A stretch of DNA of 64,000 bases from Actinomycetota bacterium (GTDB taxonomy: Bacteria > Actinomycetota > Coriobacteriia > Anaerosomatales > UBA912), in NCBI GenBank assembly GCA_018334075.1, contig JAGXSC010000007.1, forward strand, positions 364-64,363, given 5' to 3'. Numbering within the stretch: position 1 is the stretch's first letter; every line of letters starts with the position of its first letter. The position numbers and the translations under genes were made by a program. Of the stretch, positions 19,174-30,231 are shown in pieces. Under the pieces are notes generated by a model. It made no database searches, was not told where the DNA came from, and worked only from the letters and a program-made list of their open reading frames with translations.

Positions 19174-19667
19174 GATCGACCTCTCTCTTTCTCTACAGCA
19201 AGGTCATCTCGCTGACAGCAATTCGAGGCCTGACAGCTCTTGCATGTGCCCCTGAAATAGACCTCGACTCTTTCCACAACCCCAACTTGTGAGGCGCAGT
19301 CAGAGGAGCGAAATGCATCACGTTCGGAACTAATCACATTAACCACAGCCCCACACTTTATGCACACAAAATGATGGTGGCGGGAAATATCCGGGTCGTA
19401 TCTGGCCGAGCCCGTCGCAACCATCATCCGATTGACTGCTCCACACTCGTGCAGAACCGATAGCGTTCGATACACGGTATCGAGGGAAACGGCAGGGACT
19501 CTTCGCCTTACCATGCCGTAGATAGTTTCGACGTCAGGGTGCTCCTCCGTCGCGGCGATCTCCCGAATTATTTCCAGACGTTGCCGGGTAAGCCTCATAC
19601 CGCACCCTCGAAGCTCACTTGTCATCGCGAGTATTCGATCTTCGATAGTTTTCGCCGAGATAGGCAA
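19170..19667 (-). CDS. Fur-family metalloregulator (Fur/PerR/Zur not distinguishable)
   Basis: RLTRQRLEIIREI...HPDVETIY...SLDTVYRTL wHTH, then HHHFVCIKCG and a C-terminal CKSC pair. TTG start with AGGA 6 nt upstream. Confidence 0.85.
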   Translation of the reverse strand: MPISAKTIEDRILAMTSELRGCGMRLTRQRLEIIREIAATEEHPDVETIYGMVRRRVPAVSLDTVYRTLSVLHECGAVNRMMVATGSARYDPDISRHHHFVCIKCGAVVNVISSERDAFRSSDCASQVGVVERVEVYFRGTCKSCQASNCCQRDDLAVEKERGRS

Positions 19668-19779
19668 TTCGGATCCTGTCTAGTAATAATTCTTAGCTAC
19701 GAGTATACCCAACCCCGAACATTAATCCCGTCGGAGGTTGGGTAGTTTTTGGCCAATATATAGCTGCCAGGCACATGCC

Positions 19780-20407
19780 CTATTGGACTTGATAAACCTG
19801 CTCGTAAAATCCGGAGACGTTCAACCTGACCGTTACGGGAGCCTCTCCGCGGTTGCGCCAAAACCAGCCGTGGGTTCCTGTGATCGGAGCCACGAAGGTG
19901 CCGCTTGCGCCCATCTGCTGCATCTCCGCCCAGTAGCTGGTAAATTGATCCGCCTGACCCGGTGGTTCGCCGTGCATGTCGAAGTTCACGGGCCCGCCTT
20001 CGCTGATCCACTCAAATACGAAGCTCTCGCCCTCGAGCATCTCCACCTTAACCTCGATGCCCTCATCCGGCTGCAGCACGAACTCCATCGAGATGGTTAA
20101 CCTCGATGCCCTCATCCGGCTGCAGCACGAACTCCATCGAGATGGCGGTCTCTTCTTCGCCAGAAACGGCCTGCGCCGCGACCTCCACCGCGGTAAAGCC
20201 CAGTGTCTCGCCGAGCCCAGTCGGATCTATCCCGTATTCGGCCGGCAATATGGCAACGACCAGGACAATCGCCGCAACCAATAAAGAAATCGCACCGGCG
20301 CGGGCAAGTGAGGCGAGCGGGACCGGCGGAACTTCAACCTCATGATGCCCTGACGCTGCCTGCCTGCCTTCATCCGAATTCGTTGCTCGAGTGTTTCGTC
20401 TACTCAT
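19780..20407 (-). pseudogene. Membrane-anchored beta-rich protein of unknown function, frameshifted by a 49-bp tandem duplication
   Basis: Track ORFs 20063-20407 and 19780-20115 both contain ISMEFVLQPDEGIEV. Deleting one 49-bp copy joins them into one 579-nt (192-aa) ORF. Confidence 0.75.
20048..20145. repeat. Perfect 2 x 49 bp head-to-tail tandem duplication
   Basis: ttaacctcgatgccctcatccggctgcagcacgaactccatcgagatgg occurs at 20048-20096 and again at 20097-20145 with no mismatch. 49 is not a multiple of 3. Confidence 0.95.
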
Positions 20408-20422
20408 CGTCTGAGTTCTCCT

Positions 20423-21017
20423 TTATGAGGTGAAAAATCCTGTTAGCTGATATCCAACCAAAATCAAACCGACGGTCATCACTGCCATGTTCGCGAAAAA
20501 CGCCTGCCTCGGGAAAGAACGGAAGCGGCGCCAGAAGCTTATGATGATCAGCATCGGCACTAGTGCCAGCACCTGTCCTATCTCAACACCTAGGCTGAAA
20601 GAAAGAAGGTTCGGGATCAGTATCTCGGAGGGAATCTCGAGCTTTTGAAACTGCGTAGACAGTCCGAACCCGTGAATGAATCCGAAAAACACCACTGCGG
20701 CCTTCGTGTTAGGCCTAAATCCCAGCACCTGTTTGAACGCGCCTACGTTGTCGAGCGCCTTATAAACTACCGACAGACCGATCACGGCGTCGACAATATA
20801 GGAATTAAGCCCCAACCCAAATAGCGAGCCGAGCATCAGTGTGGACATGTGGGCAAGCGCGAACAGGGAAACGTAGTGCCAAACACATGTGCTTCGCCCC
20901 CAGATAGATAAAGGGAGCGACCTGAACGCCCAGGTTTTCCTGAATGAAAGCTCTGTCGTCTGCGGCAACATCATGAGCGACAGCTTCGCTGGCGAACAAT
21001 CCTACAATCAGCGGCAC
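20423..21017 (-). pseudogene. HupE/UreJ-family metal transporter, split across two frames
   Basis: The N-terminal part (signal peptide ...AVA/HD, FIYLGAKHM) is in frame with 20805-21017. The TM core (HYVSLFALAHM...GFIHGFG...GVEIGQ) is in frame with 20423-20974. GTG-to-stop is 595 nt, so not divisible by 3. The switch lies within 20879-20885 (ccaaaca). Confidence 0.6.
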
Positions 21018-21246
21018 CAGCCCGGCTACCCAATAAAAAGGTATCTGTGGCTAGGCAAGTTTGACTTTAACGACAGCCTGTTTTGCACAGGCATCCTTTG
21101 GTCGGTCTGAAATGGTCGGCCTACTTACCTCCGGCAACGACCCCTCGGGATATTAGCATGACGCCCTCTTCGTGAAGTGAAAATTCTGTGAATTTTTGTT
21201 GTTGCCCTAAAGCCCCAAACTCACAAGATTGCCCTGACGAAGCCGG

Positions 21247-24104
<2,858 letters not shown>

Positions 24105-24131
24105 TTCGACCCCCGAACAACGACCTTATGC

Positions 24132-25520
24132 TTACGGCATCCTGTCCGTGTAACTGCTGAATTTCGTATAGCTTTCGTTAAACACAAGTTTGACCATTCC
24201 CGTAGGTCCATTTCGGTGCTTCGCAACAATAATGTCCGCAATTCCGGGGGGCGGCCTGTCCTCGTCATCATCGGTCCCCGCGCGCGGATCAGTGTTTCGG
24301 TCGATGAAAATCACGACGTCCGCGTCCTGTTCGATGGCCCCGGATTCCCTAAGATCTGAGAGCTGTGGCCTTTTACCGGCCCTCTGCTCGACTGCACGTG
24401 ACAGCTGAGACAGCGCGATTATTGGAACCTTGAGCTCCTTTGCCAGTATCTTCAGGCCACGGCTGATTTCAGCAATTTCTGTCTGGCGGTTCTCGGAGCG
24501 ACGGCTTTGCGGCTGCATTAGCTGAAGATAGTCGACGATTATCAGTCCTTCTTGCTTATCGCGCAGAAGGCGTCGGGCCTTGGCTCTGACCTCCAGAATA
24601 GAAGTAGCCGCTGTGTCATCGACAAAGAGATCCAGCTCGGCAAGCTGCCCCATAGCTCGATGGATGTTGCCCCAATCCGGGTCTTTGATATGCCCTGTCC
24701 TCACATCCTGCGAGTTGATGCGAGCCTCCGAGCAAAGAACTCGCTGGATAAGTTGCTCTGCAGACATTTCCAAACTGAAGAGCGCTACCGTAACTTTTTC
24801 TTTGGCAGCGTTCACCGCGATATTTAGCGCAAGGGCTGTTTTTCCGACAGAGGGACGAGCAGCAAGAATAATCAGGTCACTTCTGTGCAAGCCCGCCAGC
24901 AAGTTATCCAAATCCTTGAAGCCCGTCGGCACCCCTGTTATGTGAGCTTTGCGCTCAAACAGCTCCTCTAGCTGCTTGAAAGAAAGTTCGAGAAGCTCTT
25001 CTACAGCGCGAAAATTTCCCGAGATACGCTTGTTCGTGATTTGAAAGATCAAACGCTCTGCCTCTTCGGCGACTTCGCGCAGGTCATCCGGGGCTTCGTA
25101 TCCCAGATTGACAATCCGGGTCCCCGCCCCGATAAGGCCCCGAAGCATTGCCGTTCTAGCAACAATCTCGGCATACCTGCTGGCATTGGCCACTATAGGC
25201 ACAACCTGGGTGATGTCGATCAGATACGACTTGCCGCCGACCTCATCAAGCTCACCTGTGGACTCCAGCCTGTCCGCCACACTGAGGTGGTCTACCGGTA
25301 TACCAGCGTTTTGAAGATGCTCCGCCGCCCGAAATATTTTGCCATGCGCCGGGCGATAGAAGTCGTCTGCCGACAGCAGCAACAGTGCGCTCTCTATGGC
25401 TTCGCGCGAAAGAAACATTGAGCCCAGCACCGCCTGCTCGGCCTCCACGTTATGTGGAGGCACCAGACTGGGATGACCTCCCATGCCCGCATCACGCTTC
25501 TTGGCCACGCGCTCCGGCAT
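24132..25520 (-). CDS. dnaB: Replicative DNA helicase DnaB
   Basis: PPHNVEAEQAVLGS N-terminal motif, Walker A ARPSVGKTA, IIVDYLQLM, SQLSR, RNGPTG. Confidence 0.95.
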   Translation of the reverse strand: MPERVAKKRDAGMGGHPSLVPPHNVEAEQAVLGSMFLSREAIESALLLLSADDFYRPAHGKIFRAAEHLQNAGIPVDHLSVADRLESTGELDEVGGKSYLIDITQVVPIVANASRYAEIVARTAMLRGLIGAGTRIVNLGYEAPDDLREVAEEAERLIFQITNKRISGNFRAVEELLELSFKQLEELFERKAHITGVPTGFKDLDNLLAGLHRSDLIILAARPSVGKTALALNIAVNAAKEKVTVALFSLEMSAEQLIQRVLCSEARINSQDVRTGHIKDPDWGNIHRAMGQLAELDLFVDDTAATSILEVRAKARRLLRDKQEGLIIVDYLQLMQPQSRRSENRQTEIAEISRGLKILAKELKVPIIALSQLSRAVEQRAGKRPQLSDLRESGAIEQDADVVIFIDRNTDPRAGTDDDEDRPPPGIADIIVAKHRNGPTGMVKLVFNESYTKFSSYTDRMP

Positions 25521-25555
25521 CTGTCACCCTCCGCTAGACGTATTCAGGAACTGCT

Positions 25556-26080
25556 TTAAGAGAGTTCGGTATCCGCCGGGCTCTCGCTTGACGCCTCTTC
25601 ATCAGCCTGAGCCTTCGGGGCGTCGACAGGGCTGCTTTCATCAACCACGCGAACGATCACTTCAGCCTTGGCCTCTTTGTGCACGCGGACAGCCACGCGA
25701 TGCTCGCCGATCTCTTTGATGTGAGCAGGAGCATCCATCTTGCGCCTGTCAATTTCCACACCAAGCTGCTCAAGAATGGCCTCTTCGATCATCTGAGATG
25801 TAATCGAACCGTATAGACGGCCGGCCTCTCCTACCTTGATGGGGATCACGACCTCTTTCCCATCGATCGATGCGACAAAAGTGTTGGCCTCCGCGAGCCT
25901 GGCATCTTCGCGCTTGCGAATGTTGCGCATGCGCTGCTCAAGCTGCTTCAGGTTCCCGCTAGTAGCTTCTACCGCCATCTTGTTTGGAAACAAGTAGTTG
26001 ACGGCGAATCCGCGAGCGACCTCGACAACATCCCCTTCGCCGCCTCTGCCCTTTACTTCCTGTGTAAGGATGACCTTCAT
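25556..26080 (-). CDS. rplI: 50S ribosomal protein L9 with an acidic C-terminal tail
   Basis: MKVILTQEVKGRGGEGDVVEV... is the L9 N-terminus (track ORF starts upstream at 26131). Lies next to dnaB as in many Gram-positives. Confidence 0.9.
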   Translation of the reverse strand: MKVILTQEVKGRGGEGDVVEVARGFAVNYLFPNKMAVEATSGNLKQLEQRMRNIRKREDARLAEANTFVASIDGKEVVIPIKVGEAGRLYGSITSQMIEEAILEQLGVEIDRRKMDAPAHIKEIGEHRVAVRVHKEAKAEVIVRVVDESSPVDAPKAQADEEASSESPADTELS

Positions 26081-26132
26081 CTTTGCTCCTTCTTCAGGGC
26101 CGAGCGCAAGCCCGGCCCAATCACTTTCCATC

Positions 26133-26990
26133 CTATAGACTATTATTCAATGCTTCCGATGACTGAGAGCCCGATGCATCTTCTCTATTCAGTTTGCGGA
26201 AGTTGAGCCAAAAATCAAGCAACCCTGCAATACTCACTATCCAAGTCGGCCCATCAATAATAAAGGCCATAACGCCAACAAAAAACAGTCCTCTGCGACC
26301 AATGTTCATAGGCCTCAAGAAGAAAGCCACCACAGCAAAACCCTGCAAAAACAGGATGACCTTGGTCGCAAGCAACAAACCAAATCCAAGATCAGTCAAC
26401 ATGCCGTCGCCGATATTCAAGATGCGCCCGGATGCTCCAAGCGCCAGCGCAAGAACGAGTGGCCACAGCATGTGAGGGCTAAAGTCCAGATTTGCTATCC
26501 CTGGGGACCCTTTTAGCTTAACGCCTGCCCTACGAGCCGCCCACAGAATTGCTAAAACAACGGGTATGGCCGCCACAAAAGCTTCAGCTGCAGCCGCCAG
26601 CGTCTCCCTGGCTAACTCGGTATAAACCTGCCCCGCCAGCCATGGAATCACCAAGTCCCGTGCCACAAAAGATACCGCCAGCACTGGGGCAAGGCAAACG
26701 ATGACAGCATATGGGTCGTGTCGACGCAAAGCCACAATCGCAATCAAGATTGCCGTAATGGCCGGGATAATGGCTAGCAACTCTGTTGTAGTCAAAATTA
26801 ACCCGACCACGGCAGACGACAGCACTGAAATAACTACTGCCGCTATCATCCGCTCCATATACACAAGCCCTGCAAACGCCGCCGCGATCATCGGTAGCCC
26901 GACTAAGGGAAGCGGGGCTGCGAGAATCGCCCCGCCCAAGCACGCCAACGAAAGCAGAATTGTGTCGCGCATTCGATACTGGCCCTGCAT
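26133..26990 (-). CDS. Polytopic membrane protein, DUF2232/YybS-like by position
   Basis: 285 aa, about 8 TM. It sits between rpsR and rplI, the position of yybS in Bacillus. The family call rests on synteny and topology only. Confidence 0.5.
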   Translation of the reverse strand: MQGQYRMRDTILLSLACLGGAILAAPLPLVGLPMIAAAFAGLVYMERMIAAVVISVLSSAVVGLILTTTELLAIIPAITAILIAIVALRRHDPYAVIVCLAPVLAVSFVARDLVIPWLAGQVYTELARETLAAAAEAFVAAIPVVLAILWAARRAGVKLKGSPGIANLDFSPHMLWPLVLALALGASGRILNIGDGMLTDLGFGLLLATKVILFLQGFAVVAFFLRPMNIGRRGLFFVGVMAFIIDGPTWIVSIAGLLDFWLNFRKLNREDASGSQSSEALNNSL

Positions 26991-26999
26991 CGCCTGGGA

Positions 27000-27263
27000 T
27001 TACCTGCGTCCTCTACTATCGACTCGCCCACTGATCACCGGAACCGCATATGGAATCAGCGCCATCTCTCTGGATCGCTTAACGGCGATCGACAACCTGT
27101 GCTGATGTTGTGCACAGTTGCCTGTAACCCGCCGCGGCTTGATTTTGCCTCGGTCGGTGATAAATTTACGAAGCAGCTGCACGTCCTTGTAGTCGATGTA
27201 ATCGGCCTTGTCTTTACAAAAGACACAATACTTGCGTCTTGGCTTGCGTGCATAATCTGACAT
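27000..27263 (-). CDS. rpsR: 30S ribosomal protein S18
   Basis: [30 protein letters not shown]...QR....AVKR.R..AL.PY signature. Confidence 0.95.
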   Translation of the reverse strand: MSDYARKPRRKYCVFCKDKADYIDYKDVQLLRKFITDRGKIKPRRVTGNCAQHQHRLSIAVKRSREMALIPYAVPVISGRVDSRGRR

Positions 27264-27345
27264 TTCTCTATCCTCCTTTCGCGCCTAAACCAGGCACCTT
27301 TCCTGACATTTGGGACAAAGACACCGGGCCGAAGTTTCATCGAGC

Positions 27346-27771
27346 CTAAAACGGTATCTCATCATCTGTTGAGCCTCCGGGGTGTGCAGGCGCAGAATCA
27401 ACTTGGTCAGCCCTGTCTCCGGAACCGCTGTTCCGTGATGACAAAAACTCGACCTCATCGGCGACTACCTCTATCTTGGAGCGCTTCTCTCCCTGCGGGG
27501 TTTCCCACGACGACCAGCGAAGCTTTCCTTCAATGGCGACCTTCGACCCCTTCGACAGGAAACGAGTAAGGGCTTCAGCCCTAGCTCCAAAGACGGTCAC
27601 GTCCACAAAGTTGGGCACGTCTTCCCACTCGCCGGTCTGCTGATTCTTGCGACGATCGTTGACTGCAATTCCCAACTTGAGAACCGCCATGCCGCTCGAC
27701 GTCGACCTCAGCTCAGGGTCTCGGGTCAGGTTTCCCGTCAATACCACTCGATTGATGCTCATCTGTATCAC
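27346..27771 (-). CDS. ssb: Single-stranded DNA-binding protein
   Basis: OB-fold N-terminus (NRVVLTGNLTRDPELR) and the acidic tip DDEIPF. Confidence 0.95.
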   Translation of the reverse strand: MIQMSINRVVLTGNLTRDPELRSTSSGMAVLKLGIAVNDRRKNQQTGEWEDVPNFVDVTVFGARAEALTRFLSKGSKVAIEGKLRWSSWETPQGEKRSKIEVVADEVEFLSSRNSGSGDRADQVDSAPAHPGGSTDDEIPF

Positions 27772-27789
27772 CTTCTCGTTCGCACATTG

Positions 27790-28116
27790 TCACTGTTGTT
27801 CCAGTGGCGCTCCAGCAGGCAGCTGGTCCTTGTCTTCTCGACGCACCAGCATGTAGCGCACGACTGGGTCTGTAATGTGCAGCACGCGGTCGATCTCTGC
27901 GATAGCAGACGGTTCGGCCCTGAAGTTCACCACGACATAGTCGCCTTCGGTGAGTTTCTGAATCTCAAATGCAAGACGGCGCTTGCCCCAAGAATCAATG
28001 GAATCAACAGCGCCATTAGCAGAAACGAGTCCCTCTACCTTCTCAAGAAGGGCGGCGCGAGCCTCCTCCTCGAGAGCAGGATTGAGTAATAGCATAAGTT
28101 CGTAAGCCTTCATCAT
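27790..28116 (-). CDS. rpsF: 30S ribosomal protein S6
   Basis: YELMLLLNP...WGKRRLAFEI signature. Heads the rpsF-ssb-rpsR block. Confidence 0.95.
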   Translation of the reverse strand: MMKAYELMLLLNPALEEEARAALLEKVEGLVSANGAVDSIDSWGKRRLAFEIQKLTEGDYVVVNFRAEPSAIAEIDRVLHITDPVVRYMLVRREDKDQLPAGAPLEQQ

Positions 28117-28194
28117 TCACCTCCTCTGGGCTTCGGCGGCTCCGGATCTGAAGGCTAATCATGTCCGGAGCAGGAAATGAGCTTGGGCAGTGTA

Positions 28195-29253
28195 TCATCG
28201 GCAGACCGCGGCTGCAAGGTCATCGTCTCTTACCGACATCACTGCCTCGCCGGAATTAGTCGGCCGGCGACGCCAAAGTGGCCATAACCCCAAAGCGGCC
28301 ATCCCTATCGATAAACCCGATAGCCGCCATGAGACAGGACTCCTTCTCTCTTTAGCCACGCCTGTCAACGTGAGGCATGGCTGGGCAGATTTATCCGCTG
28401 CAAGCTCTCGAAGATATGAGGACTGAGCGGTTCTCGACTCCTGCGCCTGAGCGGGCGAAACGGCAACCTGATCCTGCGCCTGTATGGGCGGAACGGTAGC
28501 CTGATCCAGCGTGTGAATCTCGATTGGCCTGCTCGAGGCCGTCTGCGCCAGCTCCCCTTGGGCGCCTTTGTTAATAGCTCCCTGTGCGATTTGCCCTGCC
28601 GGAACAGTTGAACCTATCGCGCTTGGACCTTTGACGGTATTAGTCACCGGGACAATCGGGGCTTGGGCCAAAACCTGTCCCTGAAATACGGGGGCCCGAA
28701 AAGTCGTGGGTATCTGCGTGTTTGAGGCGGCAGGCTCGACCAAATTCACCTCTGGAGCAACCTGAATGCTCGCGGATCCTGGCGATATGAGAAAAAGCAT
28801 TGGATCCAGGTAGGTCCCCTCTCTGCGAACGCTGACATGCAGATGCGGGCGCGAGGTGGACTCGCCGGCGCTTTCACCCAAAACGCCAATCTTATCCCCG
28901 GCGCTAACCGTTTGACCCCTAGATACAACAATCCCTGTCAGCGGAAGAGAGGTAATTCTAAGTCCTCCGCCAAAATCAATGGTTACGGCCCCACGGGTAC
29001 CCCCGCCCGGGGCTGGAACCCTGCCTGCGAACGAAACTACTCCATCCTGAGCCGCGAGAACTGTATCGCCCGGCTCGGCCAAAAGATCAACTCCGCTATG
29101 GGTGACGCTACGCCCGTCGCGAGTGTATGAGCTGCCATATTCCAGCAGTATCTCGGCGTGGCCAGCCAGCGGCCAGGATGCCATAGCTGTAGCTGGCGAA
29201 AACATCAGTCCTGCCAGCACTGTGGCCATTGCACGCGATAGTAGTCTTGTCAT
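28195..29253 (-). CDS. M23-family metallopeptidase with a C-terminal TM segment
   Basis: Signal peptide. HSGVDL and PHLHVSVR zinc-ligand motifs (HxxxD ... HxH). Low-complexity Q/A/P linker. C-terminal hydrophobic stretch. Confidence 0.85.
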   Translation of the reverse strand: MTRLLSRAMATVLAGLMFSPATAMASWPLAGHAEILLEYGSSYTRDGRSVTHSGVDLLAEPGDTVLAAQDGVVSFAGRVPAPGGGTRGAVTIDFGGGLRITSLPLTGIVVSRGQTVSAGDKIGVLGESAGESTSRPHLHVSVRREGTYLDPMLFLISPGSASIQVAPEVNLVEPAASNTQIPTTFRAPVFQGQVLAQAPIVPVTNTVKGPSAIGSTVPAGQIAQGAINKGAQGELAQTASSRPIEIHTLDQATVPPIQAQDQVAVSPAQAQESRTAQSSYLRELAADKSAQPCLTLTGVAKERRSPVSWRLSGLSIGMAALGLWPLWRRRPTNSGEAVMSVRDDDLAAAVCR

Positions 29254-29421
29254 TTTCGCCCCCGACCGATCGGTTCACCGGGAGGGAGCGGCGAACAAAG
29301 TGGTGATGCCTACACGTACACATGTTCGCTTTGCGCTTAGGTATTCCTGCAGACATCTGACAAGCGGAACCCTGAAAGAGATGAGCGGGACCTGCCGAGA
29401 CAAACGGCCGCCGGGGATAGT

Positions 29422-29497
29422 TGGAGCGGGCAACGGGTCTCGAACCCGCGACCTACAGCTTGGGAAGCTGTCGCTCTACCAACTGAGCTATGCCCGC
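29422..29497 (-). tRNA. tRNA-Gly (anticodon CCC), CCA encoded
   Basis: The reverse complement folds as a cloverleaf: acceptor GCGGGCA/TGCCCGC, D arm GCTC-AGTTGGTA-GAGC, anticodon stem ACAGC/GCTGT with loop TTCCCAA, T arm GCGGG-TTCGAGA-CCCGT, then T-CCA. 76 nt. Confidence 0.9.
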
Positions 29498-29562
29498 ACC
29501 CTGAAGCATTGTAGCCTTACGCACGAAGGCTTCGCAAACAGATCGCCAGGGTCCAGCTCTGG

Positions 29563-30231
29563 CTACTCGCCGGTAAGCGCTTTCTTCAGATCGCGCTCGC
29601 GCTCGACGTTGGTAAACGCGATAACCACATCTCCCGGCTGCAGTCTTGTGTCGCCACGAACCGTGATGACTTCATCTTCACCCCTGATGATCGCCATCAG
29701 AACGCAGTCGCCGGGCAGGTTCAGTGACGCGACCTCTTTGTCACAAACCACACACCTGTCGACCGGCAACTCAACCTCAACAATCGCCATCTTTCCTCGG
29801 CGAAGCGCGATCAAGGTCCGAATATCGCCGATAGTAGCTTCTTCCTCGATCATTCTGGAAATAATGGTGGTCGAAGAGATCGCCTCGATACCCAGGACGT
29901 TGAATATGCGTTCGTTCTTGGGGTTGTTCACTCTTGCCAGCACACGCGGAGTGCCAAAAGCAACCTTTACGAGCTGGCACGCGACGAGATTGTCATCGTC
30001 ATCGCCAGTAGCCGCCACAAATACGTCCGCGCGCGCGGCGCCTGCGTCCTCCTGGTACTGTGCATCACACCCGTCACCTACCACGACAAGGGCGCCTTCG
30101 GGCAACTCGACTACCAGCTTCTCGGCAATGTTGGCGCGCTTCTCGATCAACGCGACCTGATGGCCAGAGTCAAGCATCGTCTTTGCAAGATACGAGCCGA
30201 CCTTTCCGCCGCCATTTATCACGATATACAC
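29563..30231 (-). CDS. TrkA/KtrA-type RCK potassium-uptake regulatory subunit
   Basis: MYIVINGGGKVGSYLA Rossmann (TrkA_N) motif plus a C-terminal TrkA_C domain. Confidence 0.85.
   Translation of the reverse strand: MYIVINGGGKVGSYLAKTMLDSGHQVALIEKRANIAEKLVVELPEGALVVVGDGCDAQYQEDAGAARADVFVAATGDDDDNLVACQLVKVAFGTPRVLARVNNPKNERIFNVLGIEAISSTTIISRMIEEEATIGDIRTLIALRRGKMAIVEVELPVDRCVVCDKEVASLNLPGDCVLMAIIRGEDEVITVRGDTRLQPGDVVIAFTNVERERDLKKALTGE

Noticed and set aside
21018-21246. A possible cobalamin or NiCo riboswitch in the 229-nt leader of the HupE/UreJ-like gene.
   Set aside because: I could not find a B12-box-like element or any other conserved riboswitch core, only short generic hairpins (for example GCCTGT-gcaaa-ACAGGC). 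A covariance-model scan would settle it.
28117-28194. The hairpin CTCCGGA...TCCGGAG between the M23 peptidase gene and rpsF, as a possible S6:S18 autoregulatory leader.
   Set aside because: It could equally be the terminator of the upstream M23 gene. I cannot verify the conserved leader structure by eye.
29254-29421. A c-di-AMP (ydaO-type) riboswitch upstream of the M23 peptidase, as is often seen before cell-wall hydrolases.
   Set aside because: There are only scattered partial matches (GGTGAACC, CCTAAGCG), in the wrong order relative to the ydaO consensus. That is not enough to call.
29102-30160. Long ORFs antisense to well-supported genes: 29102-30160 (+), 13412-14254 (+), 1376-2140 (+), 51453-52310 (+), 45841-46539 (+), 8373-8843 (-) and 5224-5742 (-).
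   Set aside because: These are shadow ORFs typical of high-GC DNA. Each lies opposite a gene with unmistakable family motifs, has an Arg/Ala/Pro/Ser-rich composition, and shows no recognisable domain or ribosome-binding site.
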